A stretch of DNA of 64,000 bases from Flavobacteriales bacterium (GCA_047601855.1 JASGIM010000002.1:708277-772276), one strand, 5' to 3'; positions 1 to 10,086 are shown, numbered from the stretch's first letter. Numbers and translations are program-made. Notes: generated by a model from the sequence alone, not told the origin.

Positions 1-1483
1 GGCCGGTGCCGGTGCTCTCGGGCTTCCACGTGATGGTCTTGTTCAGCGCGATGAGCCGGTCCTTCTTCGCCGTGACGCGCACGAACCAGCTATCGAGCGG
101 GTAGTAGAGGATCGGCTTGTCGGTGCGCCAGCAGTGCGGGTAGTTGTGCTCGTACTTCTCCACCTTGAAGGCGCGGCCCTCGGTCTTCAGCTTGATGGCG
201 ATACGCTCGTCCACGCTGAGGTATTTGTCGCGCCCTTGCTTCTTGGCTTCGGCCTCCTGCTCCTCTTTGCTGAGGTACTCGGCCTTCACGTACTCGCCCG
301 CGAAATCGGTCACTTCCGGCTTGAAGCGGCCTTGTAGGTCCACCAGCGTGAGCGAGCCTATGTTGTGCTGACGTGCCACGCGTTGGTCATCCGCACCGAA
401 GCTGGGCGCGGTATGCACCACGCCGGTACCGTCCTCGGTGGTCACGAAATCGCCGCCGATCACCTTGAAGGCATCGCCGCCGCCTTCGGGTTCAGCGTAG
501 GCCAGCAGTTGATCGTAGCGCACACCCTCCAATTGGTGGCCGTAGAACTCACCGTCGATGCTCCATGGGATGTTCTTCCCATCGCGCTTGTATTCATCGA
601 GGCTGGCGTCCTTGTTCTTCTCGTTGAAGTATGCAGCGAGACGCGCCTTCGCCAGCACCACGGTCTGCGGTGCGTGGGTGTAGGGGTTGAAGGTCTTCAC
701 GCGCACGTACTCCAGCTTCGGGCCTACGGTGAGCGCGGTGTTGCTGGGCAGGGTCCACGGTGTTGTCGTCCAAGCGAGGATGAAGACCTCACCGAAGGCA
801 TCCTTGAACAGGAATTCGCTGGCCGCATCCTGCTTCACCTTGAACTGCGCCACGATCGTGGTGTCCTTCACAGGCTTGTAGGTGCCGGGCTGGTTCAGTT
901 CGTGCGAGGAAAGGCCCGTGCCTGCCGCAGGGCTGTATGGCTGGATGGTGTAGCCCTTGTACAGCAGGTCCTGGTCGTGCAACTGCTTCAGCAGGTACCA
1001 GACGCTCTCGATGTACTTGGTCTTGTAGGTGATGTACGGATGTTCGAGGTCGAGCCAGAAGCCGATGCGCTTGGTGAGGTCGTTCCACACGTCGGTATAG
1101 CGCATCACGGCCTTGCGGCAGGCGGCGTTGTATTCCTCGATGGTGATGGTCTTCCCGATGTCCTCCTTGGTGATGCCGAGCTCCTTTTCCACGCCCAGTT
1201 CGATGGGCAGGCCGTGGGTGTCCCAGCCGGCCTTGCGGTCCACGCGCTTGCCCTTCTGCGTTTGGTAGCGGCAGAAAATGTCCTTGATGGTGCGGGCCAT
1301 CACGTGGTGGATGCCGGGCAGCCCGTTGGCGCTGGGCGGGCCTTCGTAGAACACGAAGGGTGGCGCGTCCTTGCGCAGCTCGAGGCTCTTCCCGAAGGTG
1401 TCCTCGGCCTCCCATTGCTTCAATACCTCGTCCGCCAGCTTGGGCAGGTCGAGTTCGTCGTACTGCGTGAAACGCTTGTCCAT
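1..1483 (-). CDS. ileS: isoleucyl-tRNA synthetase, N-terminal ~494 aa (gene continues past window start)
   Basis: Minus-strand translation from ATG 1483..1481 reads MDKRFTQYDELDLPKLADEVLKQWEAEDTF...FVFYEGPPSANGLPGIHHVMARTIKD...WDTHGLPIE...NYPHCWRTDKPILYY, open to the window edge. Matches class I (HIGH-type) IleS of the Bacteroidota type. The listed + strand ORF 365..1495 is its antisense shadow. Confidence 0.9.
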   Translation of the reverse strand, partial: MDKRFTQYDELDLPKLADEVLKQWEAEDTFGKSLELRKDAPPFVFYEGPPSANGLPGIHHVMARTIKDIFCRYQTQKGKRVDRKAGWDTHGLPIELGVEKELGITKEDIGKTITIEEYNAACRKAVMRYTDVWNDLTKRIGFWLDLEHPYITYKTKYIESVWYLLKQLHDQDLLYKGYTIQPYSPAAGTGLSSHELNQPGTYKPVKDTTIVAQFKVKQDAASEFLFKDAFGEVFILAWTTTPWTLPSNTALTVGPKLEYVRVKTFNPYTHAPQTVVLAKARLAAYFNEKNKDASLDEYKRDGKNIPWSIDGEFYGHQLEGVRYDQLLAYAEPEGGGDAFKVIGGDFVTTEDGTGVVHTAPSFGADDQRVARQHNIGSLTLVDLQGRFKPEVTDFAGEYVKAEYLSKEEQEAEAKKQGRDKYLSVDERIAIKLKTEGRAFKVEKYEHNYPHCWRTDKPILYYPLDSWFVRVTAKKDRLIALNKTITWKPESTGTG

Positions 1484-1809
1484 CAAGGATCTTGAATGGG
1501 CGGCAAAGATATCGGGAGGCATCGGCGTAGAGGCGGGAAATGGGGCTTCCCACACCTCCGGCCGGTCTATGCGAAGGGGAATACGCCCCCTTGCAGGATC
1601 CAACCCCCTCGCTACATTCGTTCCCACTTACATACAGGCGGCATTGCCGCCGGTCCTTTCTCGCCGGGAACTACCAGAACCCATTTTTAGTACGGAAGGA
1701 CTACGCACAGCGTGCGCTCACTTGGGCGCGGGCTGCTGTCGTAGTCCGTGTACTTCAGGCTCTGGTAGGCCTCCGGTGAGCGGCTCGGTGGTGGTTCCGC
1801 GCCCACCCG

Positions 1810-2199
1810 TTGAAAGCCACCAAGCCCCCCTTCTCCGGGATAGACCACCGGCCGGATCCGGCAGCCGATGTGCGCCGAAGCGGTCCGCGGATCGCTTTGC
1901 GGATGAACAATGGGGTCACGGTCCTTCATGTGGATGATATCCTCTACTGCAAGAGCGATGATGACATCACGGAGATCCATCTATGCCAGCGGCCCCGCCT
2001 GGTGGTATCGCGCTCGCTGAAAGAGTTCGAGGCGTGCCTTGGTGGCAAAGGGTTCCTGCGGGTGCATCAAAGCTATCTGGTGAACCTGGGGCATGTCGTC
2101 CGTTACGCGCGGCACATGCTGGTGCTCAGCAACGGACAAGAGGTCCCCGTGAGCCGCAACAGAAGGAACGCCTTGGCGGAGGCCTGGGAACACATATGA
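1810..2199 (+). CDS. stand-alone LytTR DNA-binding domain protein (no receiver domain); start may be the internal Met at 1903
   Basis: Motifs VLHVDDILYCKSDDDITEIHL...LRVHQSYLVNLGHV...VLSNGQEVPVSR are diagnostic of the LytTR fold. Strong GC3 codon bias. Confidence 0.6.
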   Translation: MKATKPPFSGIDHRPDPAADVRRSGPRIALRMNNGVTVLHVDDILYCKSDDDITEIHLCQRPRLVVSRSLKEFEACLGGKGFLRVHQSYLVNLGHVVRYARHMLVLSNGQEVPVSRNRRNALAEAWEHI

Positions 2200-2434
2200 C
2201 CGTGACGCACGCGTACCGGGAGTTATCGCCCGGATACCCCGTTCATCCGCCCCGATACCGGATCCGGCTTGTGTGCTGCGCGCCCCGGTCCGATCCTTGA
2301 GAAACCGGGTGCCGAAAACCACCTGCGCAATCCCGATCGCACCGGCGGCACCGACCGCTACTCCGCCCGGATCCGTTATCCGTGGTGAACACTTGGACCC
2401 GGCACAACACGAACAAACCAACACACACAGACCC

Positions 2435-3538
2435 ATGCGAACCCTCTTCTCTTTGACCGCCGCCGCAGCGTTGTGCGGCACCATCAGCGCCCAGGACGTG
2501 ATCACCCGCGTGAGCGGTGGGCAGAGCTATTTCTACTACGACCCTGGGCCGTCCGTGGCGGATGGCGAACGCCTCCAGGCGATCATCGGCCTGGCCAGCG
2601 CTGGTGACACGCTCTATCTGGGCGGGGACAACTACGTTCTTGACTATGAGCATCCCATTCATCAGAACAAACGCCTGGTGATCGTGGGAACGGGATGGCA
2701 TCAGGACAGCACGACCACCTCTGGAAGGACGCGCATCTCCCGTGTCCAGGGTCCCACATGGTGGCTTGACCGTGGTGCGGACGGCTCGGAGTTCCATGGC
2801 CTGTTCTTCGATGACGTGCCTGTCGCTATCAATGGATATGAAGCGAACAGCGCGATCGATGGCCTGCGCTTCGTACGTTGCCAATTCTCGAGCCTGGCAT
2901 TGGGCACCCAGACGGGTACTTCATGGGCCACCAACATCACGGTGGAGCAGTGCGTGATCGGCTCGTTCGACTTCCACGACGTGGCCACGGCCACTGTGAA
3001 GAACTCGGTGATCACCGGTACCATTTCGCGAGCCGTGCAGGGATCATTGGTGGAGAATTGCCTACTTCTCAATCCGGTACTGAATAATGCATCCGGCAGC
3101 AATGGGCTCACATACAAGAGCTGCGTATTCACACGCAAGACCACCGCTGGCGAGACGTTCACGGTCAATGTTCCCGCGATCTTCCTCAACAACCGCTGGG
3201 TATTGGAGGGGGCCGGGTCTTCGCTGGCCTTCGGAGCGAACGTGATCTCCCAAAGCGGTAATGCGGCGGTGACCGGCCTGGGCGCTGCCTTCGCCAATAC
3301 AGCGAACATCGATTACACGGCGTTCAATGAGGATGCGAACTACGCGGTCGTCCCCGCTTTCCTCACCGCCGGATACGGCGGAACCCAGGTAGGCATCTAC
3401 GGCGGCCCCGGCCCTGCGTGGAAGAATGGCGCGTTGCCCTTCAACCCGCATTGGCGGCTGCTCACCTCGCCCGGCAGCACCGCGACGAACGGCGTGCTCT
3501 CCCCGGTGACCATCAAGGCTTCCGCACAAACCCGCTGA
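2435..3538 (+). CDS. secreted right-handed parallel beta-helix repeat protein
   Basis: Start chosen at MRTLFSLTAAAALCGTISAQ (signal peptide) inside ORF 2273..3538. Repeated beta-helix rungs (NxxVxxCxF / GxxxGxxV). No T9SS C-terminal domain. Confidence 0.65.
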   Translation: MRTLFSLTAAAALCGTISAQDVITRVSGGQSYFYYDPGPSVADGERLQAIIGLASAGDTLYLGGDNYVLDYEHPIHQNKRLVIVGTGWHQDSTTTSGRTRISRVQGPTWWLDRGADGSEFHGLFFDDVPVAINGYEANSAIDGLRFVRCQFSSLALGTQTGTSWATNITVEQCVIGSFDFHDVATATVKNSVITGTISRAVQGSLVENCLLLNPVLNNASGSNGLTYKSCVFTRKTTAGETFTVNVPAIFLNNRWVLEGAGSSLAFGANVISQSGNAAVTGLGAAFANTANIDYTAFNEDANYAVVPAFLTAGYGGTQVGIYGGPGPAWKNGALPFNPHWRLLTSPGSTATNGVLSPVTIKASAQTR

Positions 3539-3540
3539 CC

Positions 3541-4782
3541 ATGAAGCACACACTCGCACTGTTGAGCGCGGTGGCTGTGTTGCGCGTGCAGGCCCAGCAG
3601 ATCACCGGCTACGAATACTGGTTCGACCGGGACCATGATGCCCGCGTATGGGTGGACGCCACCGCTCCAGCCACCGACATCACGCTGGCGGAAGCGATCC
3701 CGGCAGGAACGTTGGCCGTGGGGCCGCATACCGTGCGCTACCGCGTGAAGGATGCCGCCGGGCATTGGAGCAGCGTGTTGAACAAGCCGTTCCGGGTAGA
3801 CGTTGGCGGCCCCAACAACATCGTGGGAGGCGAGTACTGGTTCGACCAGGATGATGACGATGCGGAGCGCACCCCCTTCACGCTGGGGCCGGGGCAATCC
3901 GTGGAGGCGACGATCAACGCGCTGACCGCCGGATTGGCTCGCGGCCCGCATTGGGTGCGCTACCGCCTCACCGACACACGCGGCAACTGGAGCAGCGTGC
4001 TCAGCAAGCCGTTCCGGGTAACGAACGCCGGGCCGTACCGGCTGGTGGAGCTACGCTACTGGAGCGACCCCGCCGCCACCGACCCGCGCGACATGACGGT
4101 GGTGCCCATCACGACCGCCGTGCAGTACCTCGACATCATCGATGATGTGCTCTTCTGCAACTGGAGCACTACGGGGCAGACGAACGTGTACTTCCAACTG
4201 AAGGACGACCATGCCCAATGGAGCTCGGTGCTGACACGCAACTACACGGTGAACGGTTCAACGGCGCCTCCCGCGCAGCCCGGGGTCATCACCGGCAACC
4301 GCACGCCGCCTGAAGGAACGTCCGTCACTTACTCCGTTGCTCCCGTGCCCGGCGCCTCCTACTACACCTGGACCCTGCCCAACGGCTGGAGCGGCACTAG
4401 CACCACCAACTCCATTACCGCGACCGTGGGGCACCCTGGCCCCGATGGGATCATCACCGTGGCCGCGAGCAACGGATGCGGGACAGGCCCGCGTCGTGAT
4501 CTGACCGTGACCGTGTCCGGCACCGGTGTGTCCGCGAACATCGCCCAACAGGGCATCGCGCTCTTCCCCAACCCCACCACGGGCCAGTTCACCCTTGTCG
4601 CCGAGGCGCTCATCACCCGCGTGCTGGTACACAACAGCACCGGCCAGCTCGTGCGCGAGCTGGACAGCACCGGCACGGACCGCATCGCGCTTGATCTCGC
4701 TGGCGAGGCGGGTGGCCTGTACACCGTGCGCGTGTTCCAAGGCGATCGGCACAGCGATATGCGGGTGATGGTGCAGCATTGA
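3541..4782 (+). CDS. T9SS C-terminal-sorting-domain protein with three N-terminal ~68-aa tandem repeats and a PKD-like domain
   Basis: Starts MKHTLALLSAVAVLRVQAQQ, 3 nt after the upstream stop. Three repeats of [Y/E]YWFDxD...HWSSVLxKPFRV. C-terminus IALFPNPTTGQFTLVAEA...GLYTVRVF matches the Por_Secre_tail (type-A) T9SS signal. Confidence 0.75.
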   Translation: MKHTLALLSAVAVLRVQAQQITGYEYWFDRDHDARVWVDATAPATDITLAEAIPAGTLAVGPHTVRYRVKDAAGHWSSVLNKPFRVDVGGPNNIVGGEYWFDQDDDDAERTPFTLGPGQSVEATINALTAGLARGPHWVRYRLTDTRGNWSSVLSKPFRVTNAGPYRLVELRYWSDPAATDPRDMTVVPITTAVQYLDIIDDVLFCNWSTTGQTNVYFQLKDDHAQWSSVLTRNYTVNGSTAPPAQPGVITGNRTPPEGTSVTYSVAPVPGASYYTWTLPNGWSGTSTTNSITATVGHPGPDGIITVAASNGCGTGPRRDLTVTVSGTGVSANIAQQGIALFPNPTTGQFTLVAEALITRVLVHNSTGQLVRELDSTGTDRIALDLAGEAGGLYTVRVFQGDRHSDMRVMVQH

Positions 4783-4876
4783 GAACAATGAACATCAACC
4801 AAGGCCCCGGGCATCCAGCATGCGCCACAATGGACGTGCGCGGGATGCCCGGACCGATACCAACCACAAGAACACC

Positions 4877-5209
4877 ATGAAGATCCAGAACTCCATGCTG
4901 GCGATCGCCCTCGCCCTGCTCACCAGCTGCGGCCAGCAGTTCGCCACCCCGGAGGCCACCCGTGAGTACCGCGGCGAGCGCCAGGGCAAGTCCGCCAGCA
5001 TCTGTTTCGCCGCCAACGGCAAGTGGGCCATGATCAACAACGACAAGGACTTCGACAATGATGCCCGTATGGGCGACTACATCGAACTGGAAGACCGCTT
5101 CGTGATCAGCGGCGGCAGCCAGGGCGAGGCGGCGGTGATCCGCAAGCAGGGCAATGCCATCCACATGGAATTCCGTGGGAATGAGATCACCTTGCAGCGG
5201 GTGAAGTGA
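4877..5209 (+). CDS. small lipoprotein, hypothetical
   Basis: MKIQNSMLAIALALLTSCGQQ is a lipobox signal peptide. Start chosen inside ORF 4820..5209. Confidence 0.5.
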   Translation: MKIQNSMLAIALALLTSCGQQFATPEATREYRGERQGKSASICFAANGKWAMINNDKDFDNDARMGDYIELEDRFVISGGSQGEAAVIRKQGNAIHMEFRGNEITLQRVK

Positions 5210-5298
5210 GAAGATACCCGCGCGGTGGAACCCGCTGCCGCTCCGCTGTGGCGGTGATGAGGGTGGTGAAGGCGTAGGCCTCACAAGGGCCATCGAAC

Positions 5299-5335
5299 GC
5301 GAAAGGCATCCTGCGGGGTGCCTTTCGCTTGTGTG
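5299..5335 (+). terminator. stem-loop (10-bp stem GCGAAAGGCA/TGCCTTTCGC) ~90 nt after the lipoprotein gene
   Basis: Inverted repeat read directly, followed by a T-rich run. Confidence 0.35.
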
Positions 5336-5542
5336 ATCGGCAGTTGCTGCTGGCATGTTCGGGTGGATACGGTGGCGCTACGGCGTCCGCCCGTGTCCTC
5401 CTGTGAGTACTGGCGGTGCAGGGTGTGAACCAGTCGACCGAAATCTCTCCAAGCCCGCCGACCACCAAGGAGCGGCCTCCGAACGGATCCCCTATCTCCA
5501 TCCTTACCTTGTATCCTCCCGATCGCTGGGTTTCCCGTCATC

Positions 5543-8500
5543 ATGCCCCTCCACGACTTCCATCCCGCCGTCCGCACGTGGTTCGAGCGCTCCTTTCCAA
5601 GTGCTACGCCCGTGCAACGGCAGGCCTGGCCCGCCATCGCGGCCGGGAAGAACGTGCTCGTGGCCGCACCCACCGGCAGCGGTAAGACGCTGACGGCCTT
5701 TCTCTGGGCCATCGATGAACTGGTCCGTGAGGGAGTGGACGGCCGCTTGGAGGACCGTACCAGCGTGCTCTATATCTCGCCGCTGAAGGCGCTCAGCAAC
5801 GACATCGAGAAGAACCTGCAGAAGCCGCTGCGCGGCATCCGCGAGGTGCTGAAGAAACAGGACTTGCCGCAGGCGGAGGTCCGCGTGATGGTGCGTACGG
5901 GCGACACCACGCAGCAGGAACGTACCAGCATGCGCGAGAAACCGCCGCACATCCTGGTGACCACGCCGGAATCGCTCTACGTGCTGCTCACCAGCCAGGG
6001 TGGCCGTCGCATGCTCTCCTCCGTCCGCACGGTGATCGTGGATGAAGTGCATGCGATGATCGGCGACAAGCGCGGTTCCCACCTCGCGCTCTCGCTTGAG
6101 CGCCTGGACCATTTGCTCACGCGTCCCGCGAAACGCATCGGCCTTAGCGCCACGCAGAAGCCGGTGGAATTGGTGGCCCGCTTCCTCGTGGGCAACAAGC
6201 ACATCCGCCAGGCTGTCCCAGAGTCCGGGATCGCGGCGGAAGTGGACTGCGTCATCATCGACACGGGCCATCGCCGCAAGATGGACCTGGCCATCGAGCT
6301 GCCACAAAGCCCGCTGGGTGCGGTGATGGCCAACGAGGTGTGGGGGGAGGTCCACGAACGGCTCATCGAGCTGATCCAGCAGCACCGCACCACGTTGATC
6401 TTCGTGAACCAGCGCCGCATGTGCGAGCGCCTCGCGTTCAACCTGCGCGAGCGGCTCGGCAACGACAAGGTGGGCGCGCACCACGGCAGTCTTTCCAAGG
6501 AGCAGCGCCTGGAGGCGGAGACCAACCTGAAGGAAGGCCGCTATCAGGTGCTCGTGGCCACGGCGTCGCTCGAGCTCGGCATCGACATCGGCGACGTGGA
6601 CCTGGTGTGCCAGATCGGCAACACCTTCAGCATCGCCGCCTTCCTGCAGCGCGTGGGCCGCAGCGGCCACCACGTGGGCGGCCTGCCGAAAGGCCGGCTC
6701 TTCCCGCTCTCGCGCGATGAACTGGTGGAAAGCGTGGCGCTGTTCGACGCCGTGCGCCGCAGCGAACTGGACGCCATCGTGATGCCCGAACAGCCCATCG
6801 ATATCCTGGCGCAGCAGATCGTGGCCGAGGTGGCGTGCGAGGAGATCCCCGAAGCGGAATTGTACGCGGTGATGCTCGGCGCCTATCCGTTCCGCGCGCT
6901 GGACCGCAAGACCTTCGATGAGGTGGTGAAGATGCTCGCCGACGGCTTCACCACGCGGCGCGGCAAACGCGGCGCGCATATCCACCGCGACATCATCACG
7001 GGCCGGTTGCGGGCGAAGAAGGGCGCGCGGCAGATCGCGATGATCAGCGGTGGCGCGATCCCCGACCTCTTCGACTACGACGTGATCGCCGAGCCGGAGA
7101 ACGTGTACGTGGGCTCGCTCAACGAGGACTTCGCCATCGAGAGCATGGAAGGCGACGTGTTCCAGCTCGGCAACAGCACGTGGCGCATCCTCGGCGTGAA
7201 CGAGAGCAAGGTGCGCGTGGTGGACGCGGAAGGCGCGCCGCCTTCATTACCGTTCTGGTTGGGTGAAGCGCCCGGCCGCACGAAGGAATTGAGCGAAGCG
7301 GTGTCGCGCCTGCGCGAGGAGGTGAGTATGCGCCTGGGCGAACTGCCCGAGGGCCTCACGGACGACGAGCATTGGAAGGAGGATGCGTTGAAGTGGCTCA
7401 CGGAGGAAGTGGGCGTGGGTGAGCGCGTGGCCGACCAGACGATCGAGTACCTCGCCGCCGCGCGCGTCGCGCTCGGTGCCATGCCCACGCGCGAACGCAT
7501 GGTGATGGAGCGCTTCTTCGACGAAGCGGGCGACATGCACCTGGTGATCCACGCGCCGTTCGGGGCACGCATGAACCGCGGCTGGGGCCTCGCGCTGCGC
7601 AAGCGGTTCTGCCGCAACTTCAACTTCGAGCTGCAGGCCGCCGCCACCGAGGATGCGATCATCCTTTCGCTCGGCAGCACGCACAGCTTCGCGCTGGAGG
7701 ACGTGTGGAAATACCTCCACCCGAACACCGTGCGCGACGTGCTGGTGCAGGCGCTCCTGGATGCCCCCATGTTCGGCACCCGCTGGCGCTGGAACGCCAC
7801 GCGCGCGCTGGCCGTGCAACGCCGCTGGTTCGACAAGCGCGTGCCGCCGCAGTTGCAACGCATGCAGAGCGAAGACCTCGTCGCGCTCGTCTTTCCGGAT
7901 CAGCTCGCGTGCCTGGAGAACATCGTGGGCGAGCGGGAAGTGCCCGGGCATCCACTGGTGCAGCAGACGATCCACGATTGCCTCACCGAGGCCATGGACA
8001 TCGATGAGCTGGAGGCGGTGATCGCACGCATTGTCGATCGGAAGCTGGAACTGGTGTGCAAGGACCTGCGCGAGCCTTCGCCGTTCAGCCACGAGATCAT
8101 CAACGCACGGCCCTATGCCTTCCTCGATCCCGCGCCGCTGGAGGAGCGCCGCACCCGCGCCATCCGCGTGCGCCACGCGCTGGACCCTGCTACCGCGAAG
8201 GATCTGGGTCGTCTCGATGGGCAGGCCATCCGCATGGTGCGGGAGGAAGCGTGGCCCCAGGCCGCCGATGCGGACGAGCTCTACGATGCGCTTGCGCAAG
8301 TGGGGCTCCTCACTGCGGAGGAAGGCGAGCGCAGCGGATGGGCGCACTTGTTCGGGCAACTGGTACAGCAGGGGAGAGCGGTGGAGCTTTGGGTGAATGG
8401 CGAATGGTCAATGGCGAATGGGCAAACCCAGCAGTCCCATTCACCATTTACCAGTGACCATTCGCCCCGAATTCTCTGGGCTCCCCTCGAACGCCTGCCC

Positions 8501-10048
8501 CAGCTGCAAGCCCTGTACCCACGGGCCACGATCGCACCTGCGCTGGAGATCCCGGAGAGCGTGTTCGGCCTGTATCCCACCGAAGAACCCTTGGCCGATC
8601 TGCTCCGTGGCCGCATGGAAGTAGAAGGCCCCGCCACGGTGGCCGACCTTGCGGAACGCTTCGGCCTGGAGCCTTCCGCCGTGGACCATGCGATGCTGCG
8701 GCTCGAACAGGATGGCATGCTGTTCCGCGGCCATTACGACCCCGATGTGGACGAGCTGCAGTGGTGCGAACGCCGCCTGCTCGCGCGCATCCACCGTTAC
8801 ACATTACAGAAGCTGCGCCGCGAGGTGGAGCCGGTGTCACCGGCCGCGTTCATGCGCTTCCTGTTCCAATGGCACGGCATCGGTACTGATGACCGGCCGT
8901 CCGGGCCGGAAGCTTTGCGCGGCGTGATCGAGAAGCTGCAAGGTGCCGAAGCCCCCGCGGTGGCGTGGGAGAGCGAGATCCTGCCCGCGCGCCTGCCCGA
9001 CTATGCGCCTGAATGGATGGACCAGCTGTGCTTCAGCGGCCGCATCGCCTGGGGCAAGCTCACGCCTTATGCGGGCGAGGCCGGCGCACCCGCTTCCCTG
9101 CGGAACTCGCCCATCAGCATCTGCCTGCGCGAGGACCTGCCCAGTCTTCTCGCACCACCTGCCCCTGATGTCACCCTGAGCCTGCCGAAGGGTGACCACT
9201 CCGATCCCTCCTCCACGCTCAGCAACGAGGCAGTGAAGGTGCTCGAGCAATTGCAGCAGCGCGGCGCGCTGTTCTACCACGACCTAACCAAGCATTGCAA
9301 CCTGCTCGCTTCGCAGGTGGAGAACGGCCTGGCCGAACTGGTGGCGAAAGGCCGCGTGAGCGCGGACGGCTTCACCGGCCTGCGCGCCCTGCTGGTGCCC
9401 ACGGCCAAGCGCGCGGCGATGAAGGAAAGCCGCTCACGAAGGGGAGGCAGCATGCCGTTCAGCCTGGAACAGGCGGGACGGTGGTGGCTCTTCGATGAGC
9501 GGCCCGTGGACGAGATGCCCGCACCCGAACGCACGGAGCACCTGGCCCGGATGCTGTTGCTCCGCTACGGCGTGGTCTTCCGCAAGCTCGTGCAACGCGA
9601 GCGATGTGCGCCGCCCTGGCGTGACATGCTCAAGGTGCTTCGCCGGATGGAGGACCGCGGCGAGCTGCGTGGCGGCCGCTTCGTGAGCGGCGTGTGGGGA
9701 GAGCAGTTCGCGCTGGCCAACGCCATCCCGCTCTTGCGCGCGCAGCAGAAGCCGGTGGCCCCCACGAACGATGAAGGCGATGCCGGCCATGTGGTGCTGA
9801 ACGCGGCCGATCCGCTCAACCTCACCGGCGTGATCACGCCGGGCGAACGGCTGCCCGCGCGCTACAACGACCGCATCCTTTTCCGCCATGGGGTGCCCAT
9901 CGCGGTGCATGACGGCAAGGAGCTCCGCTGGCTGGAAAAACCGCGCCAGGACATGGACGCGCACTATGAACGCGAACGGATGATGCAACGCCTGCGCCGC
10001 CAAGTACCGGAGCGGTTGCGCGCGTTCTACGGGAAAGGCATAGGCTGA
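5543..10048 (+). CDS. lhr: ATP-dependent helicase Lhr (large helicase-related protein), 1501 aa
   Basis: N-terminus FPSATPVQRQAWPAIAAGKNVLVAAPTGSGKTLTAFLWAIDEL (Walker A), DEVH box (IVDEVHAMIGDKRGSHL), HRTTLIFVNQRR, and a long Lhr-type C-terminal extension. One uninterrupted ORF. Confidence 0.9.
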   Translation: MPLHDFHPAVRTWFERSFPSATPVQRQAWPAIAAGKNVLVAAPTGSGKTLTAFLWAIDELVREGVDGRLEDRTSVLYISPLKALSNDIEKNLQKPLRGIREVLKKQDLPQAEVRVMVRTGDTTQQERTSMREKPPHILVTTPESLYVLLTSQGGRRMLSSVRTVIVDEVHAMIGDKRGSHLALSLERLDHLLTRPAKRIGLSATQKPVELVARFLVGNKHIRQAVPESGIAAEVDCVIIDTGHRRKMDLAIELPQSPLGAVMANEVWGEVHERLIELIQQHRTTLIFVNQRRMCERLAFNLRERLGNDKVGAHHGSLSKEQRLEAETNLKEGRYQVLVATASLELGIDIGDVDLVCQIGNTFSIAAFLQRVGRSGHHVGGLPKGRLFPLSRDELVESVALFDAVRRSELDAIVMPEQPIDILAQQIVAEVACEEIPEAELYAVMLGAYPFRALDRKTFDEVVKMLADGFTTRRGKRGAHIHRDIITGRLRAKKGARQIAMISGGAIPDLFDYDVIAEPENVYVGSLNEDFAIESMEGDVFQLGNSTWRILGVNESKVRVVDAEGAPPSLPFWLGEAPGRTKELSEAVSRLREEVSMRLGELPEGLTDDEHWKEDALKWLTEEVGVGERVADQTIEYLAAARVALGAMPTRERMVMERFFDEAGDMHLVIHAPFGARMNRGWGLALRKRFCRNFNFELQAAATEDAIILSLGSTHSFALEDVWKYLHPNTVRDVLVQALLDAPMFGTRWRWNATRALAVQRRWFDKRVPPQLQRMQSEDLVALVFPDQLACLENIVGEREVPGHPLVQQTIHDCLTEAMDIDELEAVIARIVDRKLELVCKDLREPSPFSHEIINARPYAFLDPAPLEERRTRAIRVRHALDPATAKDLGRLDGQAIRMVREEAWPQAADADELYDALAQVGLLTAEEGERSGWAHLFGQLVQQGRAVELWVNGEWSMANGQTQQSHSPFTSDHSPRILWAPLERLPQLQALYPRATIAPALEIPESVFGLYPTEEPLADLLRGRMEVEGPATVADLAERFGLEPSAVDHAMLRLEQDGMLFRGHYDPDVDELQWCERRLLARIHRYTLQKLRREVEPVSPAAFMRFLFQWHGIGTDDRPSGPEALRGVIEKLQGAEAPAVAWESEILPARLPDYAPEWMDQLCFSGRIAWGKLTPYAGEAGAPASLRNSPISICLREDLPSLLAPPAPDVTLSLPKGDHSDPSSTLSNEAVKVLEQLQQRGALFYHDLTKHCNLLASQVENGLAELVAKGRVSADGFTGLRALLVPTAKRAAMKESRSRRGGSMPFSLEQAGRWWLFDERPVDEMPAPERTEHLARMLLLRYGVVFRKLVQRERCAPPWRDMLKVLRRMEDRGELRGGRFVSGVWGEQFALANAIPLLRAQQKPVAPTNDEGDAGHVVLNAADPLNLTGVITPGERLPARYNDRILFRHGVPIAVHDGKELRWLEKPRQDMDAHYERERMMQRLRRQVPERLRAFYGKGIG
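8392..8468. repeat. GAATGG-heptad palindromic element (copy A), inserted in-frame inside lhr
   Basis: Left arm TGAATGGCGAATGGTCAATGGCGAATGGG, loop, right arm CCATTCACCATTTACCAGTGACCATTCGCC. Encodes the low-complexity peptide WVNGEWSMANGQTQQSHSPFTSDHSP without breaking the lhr frame. Confidence 0.7.
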
Positions 10049-10086
10049 CGGAACGGCAAAGCGGCTGCTTCTGGTAGCTTTGCAGC

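Noticed and set aside
1484-1809. Possible structured RNA or riboswitch in the ileS / LytTR divergent spacer (extended hairpin GGACTACGCACAGC...GCTGTCGTAGTCC at ~1700-1750)
   Set aside because: No match to any RNA family I can recognise (no T-box, tmRNA tag or RNase P motifs). Reported only as structure.
5504-6985. 493-aa minus-strand ORF overlapping lhr
   Set aside because: Antisense shadow ORF, typical of high-GC DNA. No recognisable motifs. lhr on the + strand is unambiguous.
8392-8468. Interpreting the lhr low-complexity segment as a native Lhr linker
   Set aside because: The same heptad DNA repeats recur in two non-coding spacers and yield the same peptides when translated. An inserted repeat element is therefore the better explanation.
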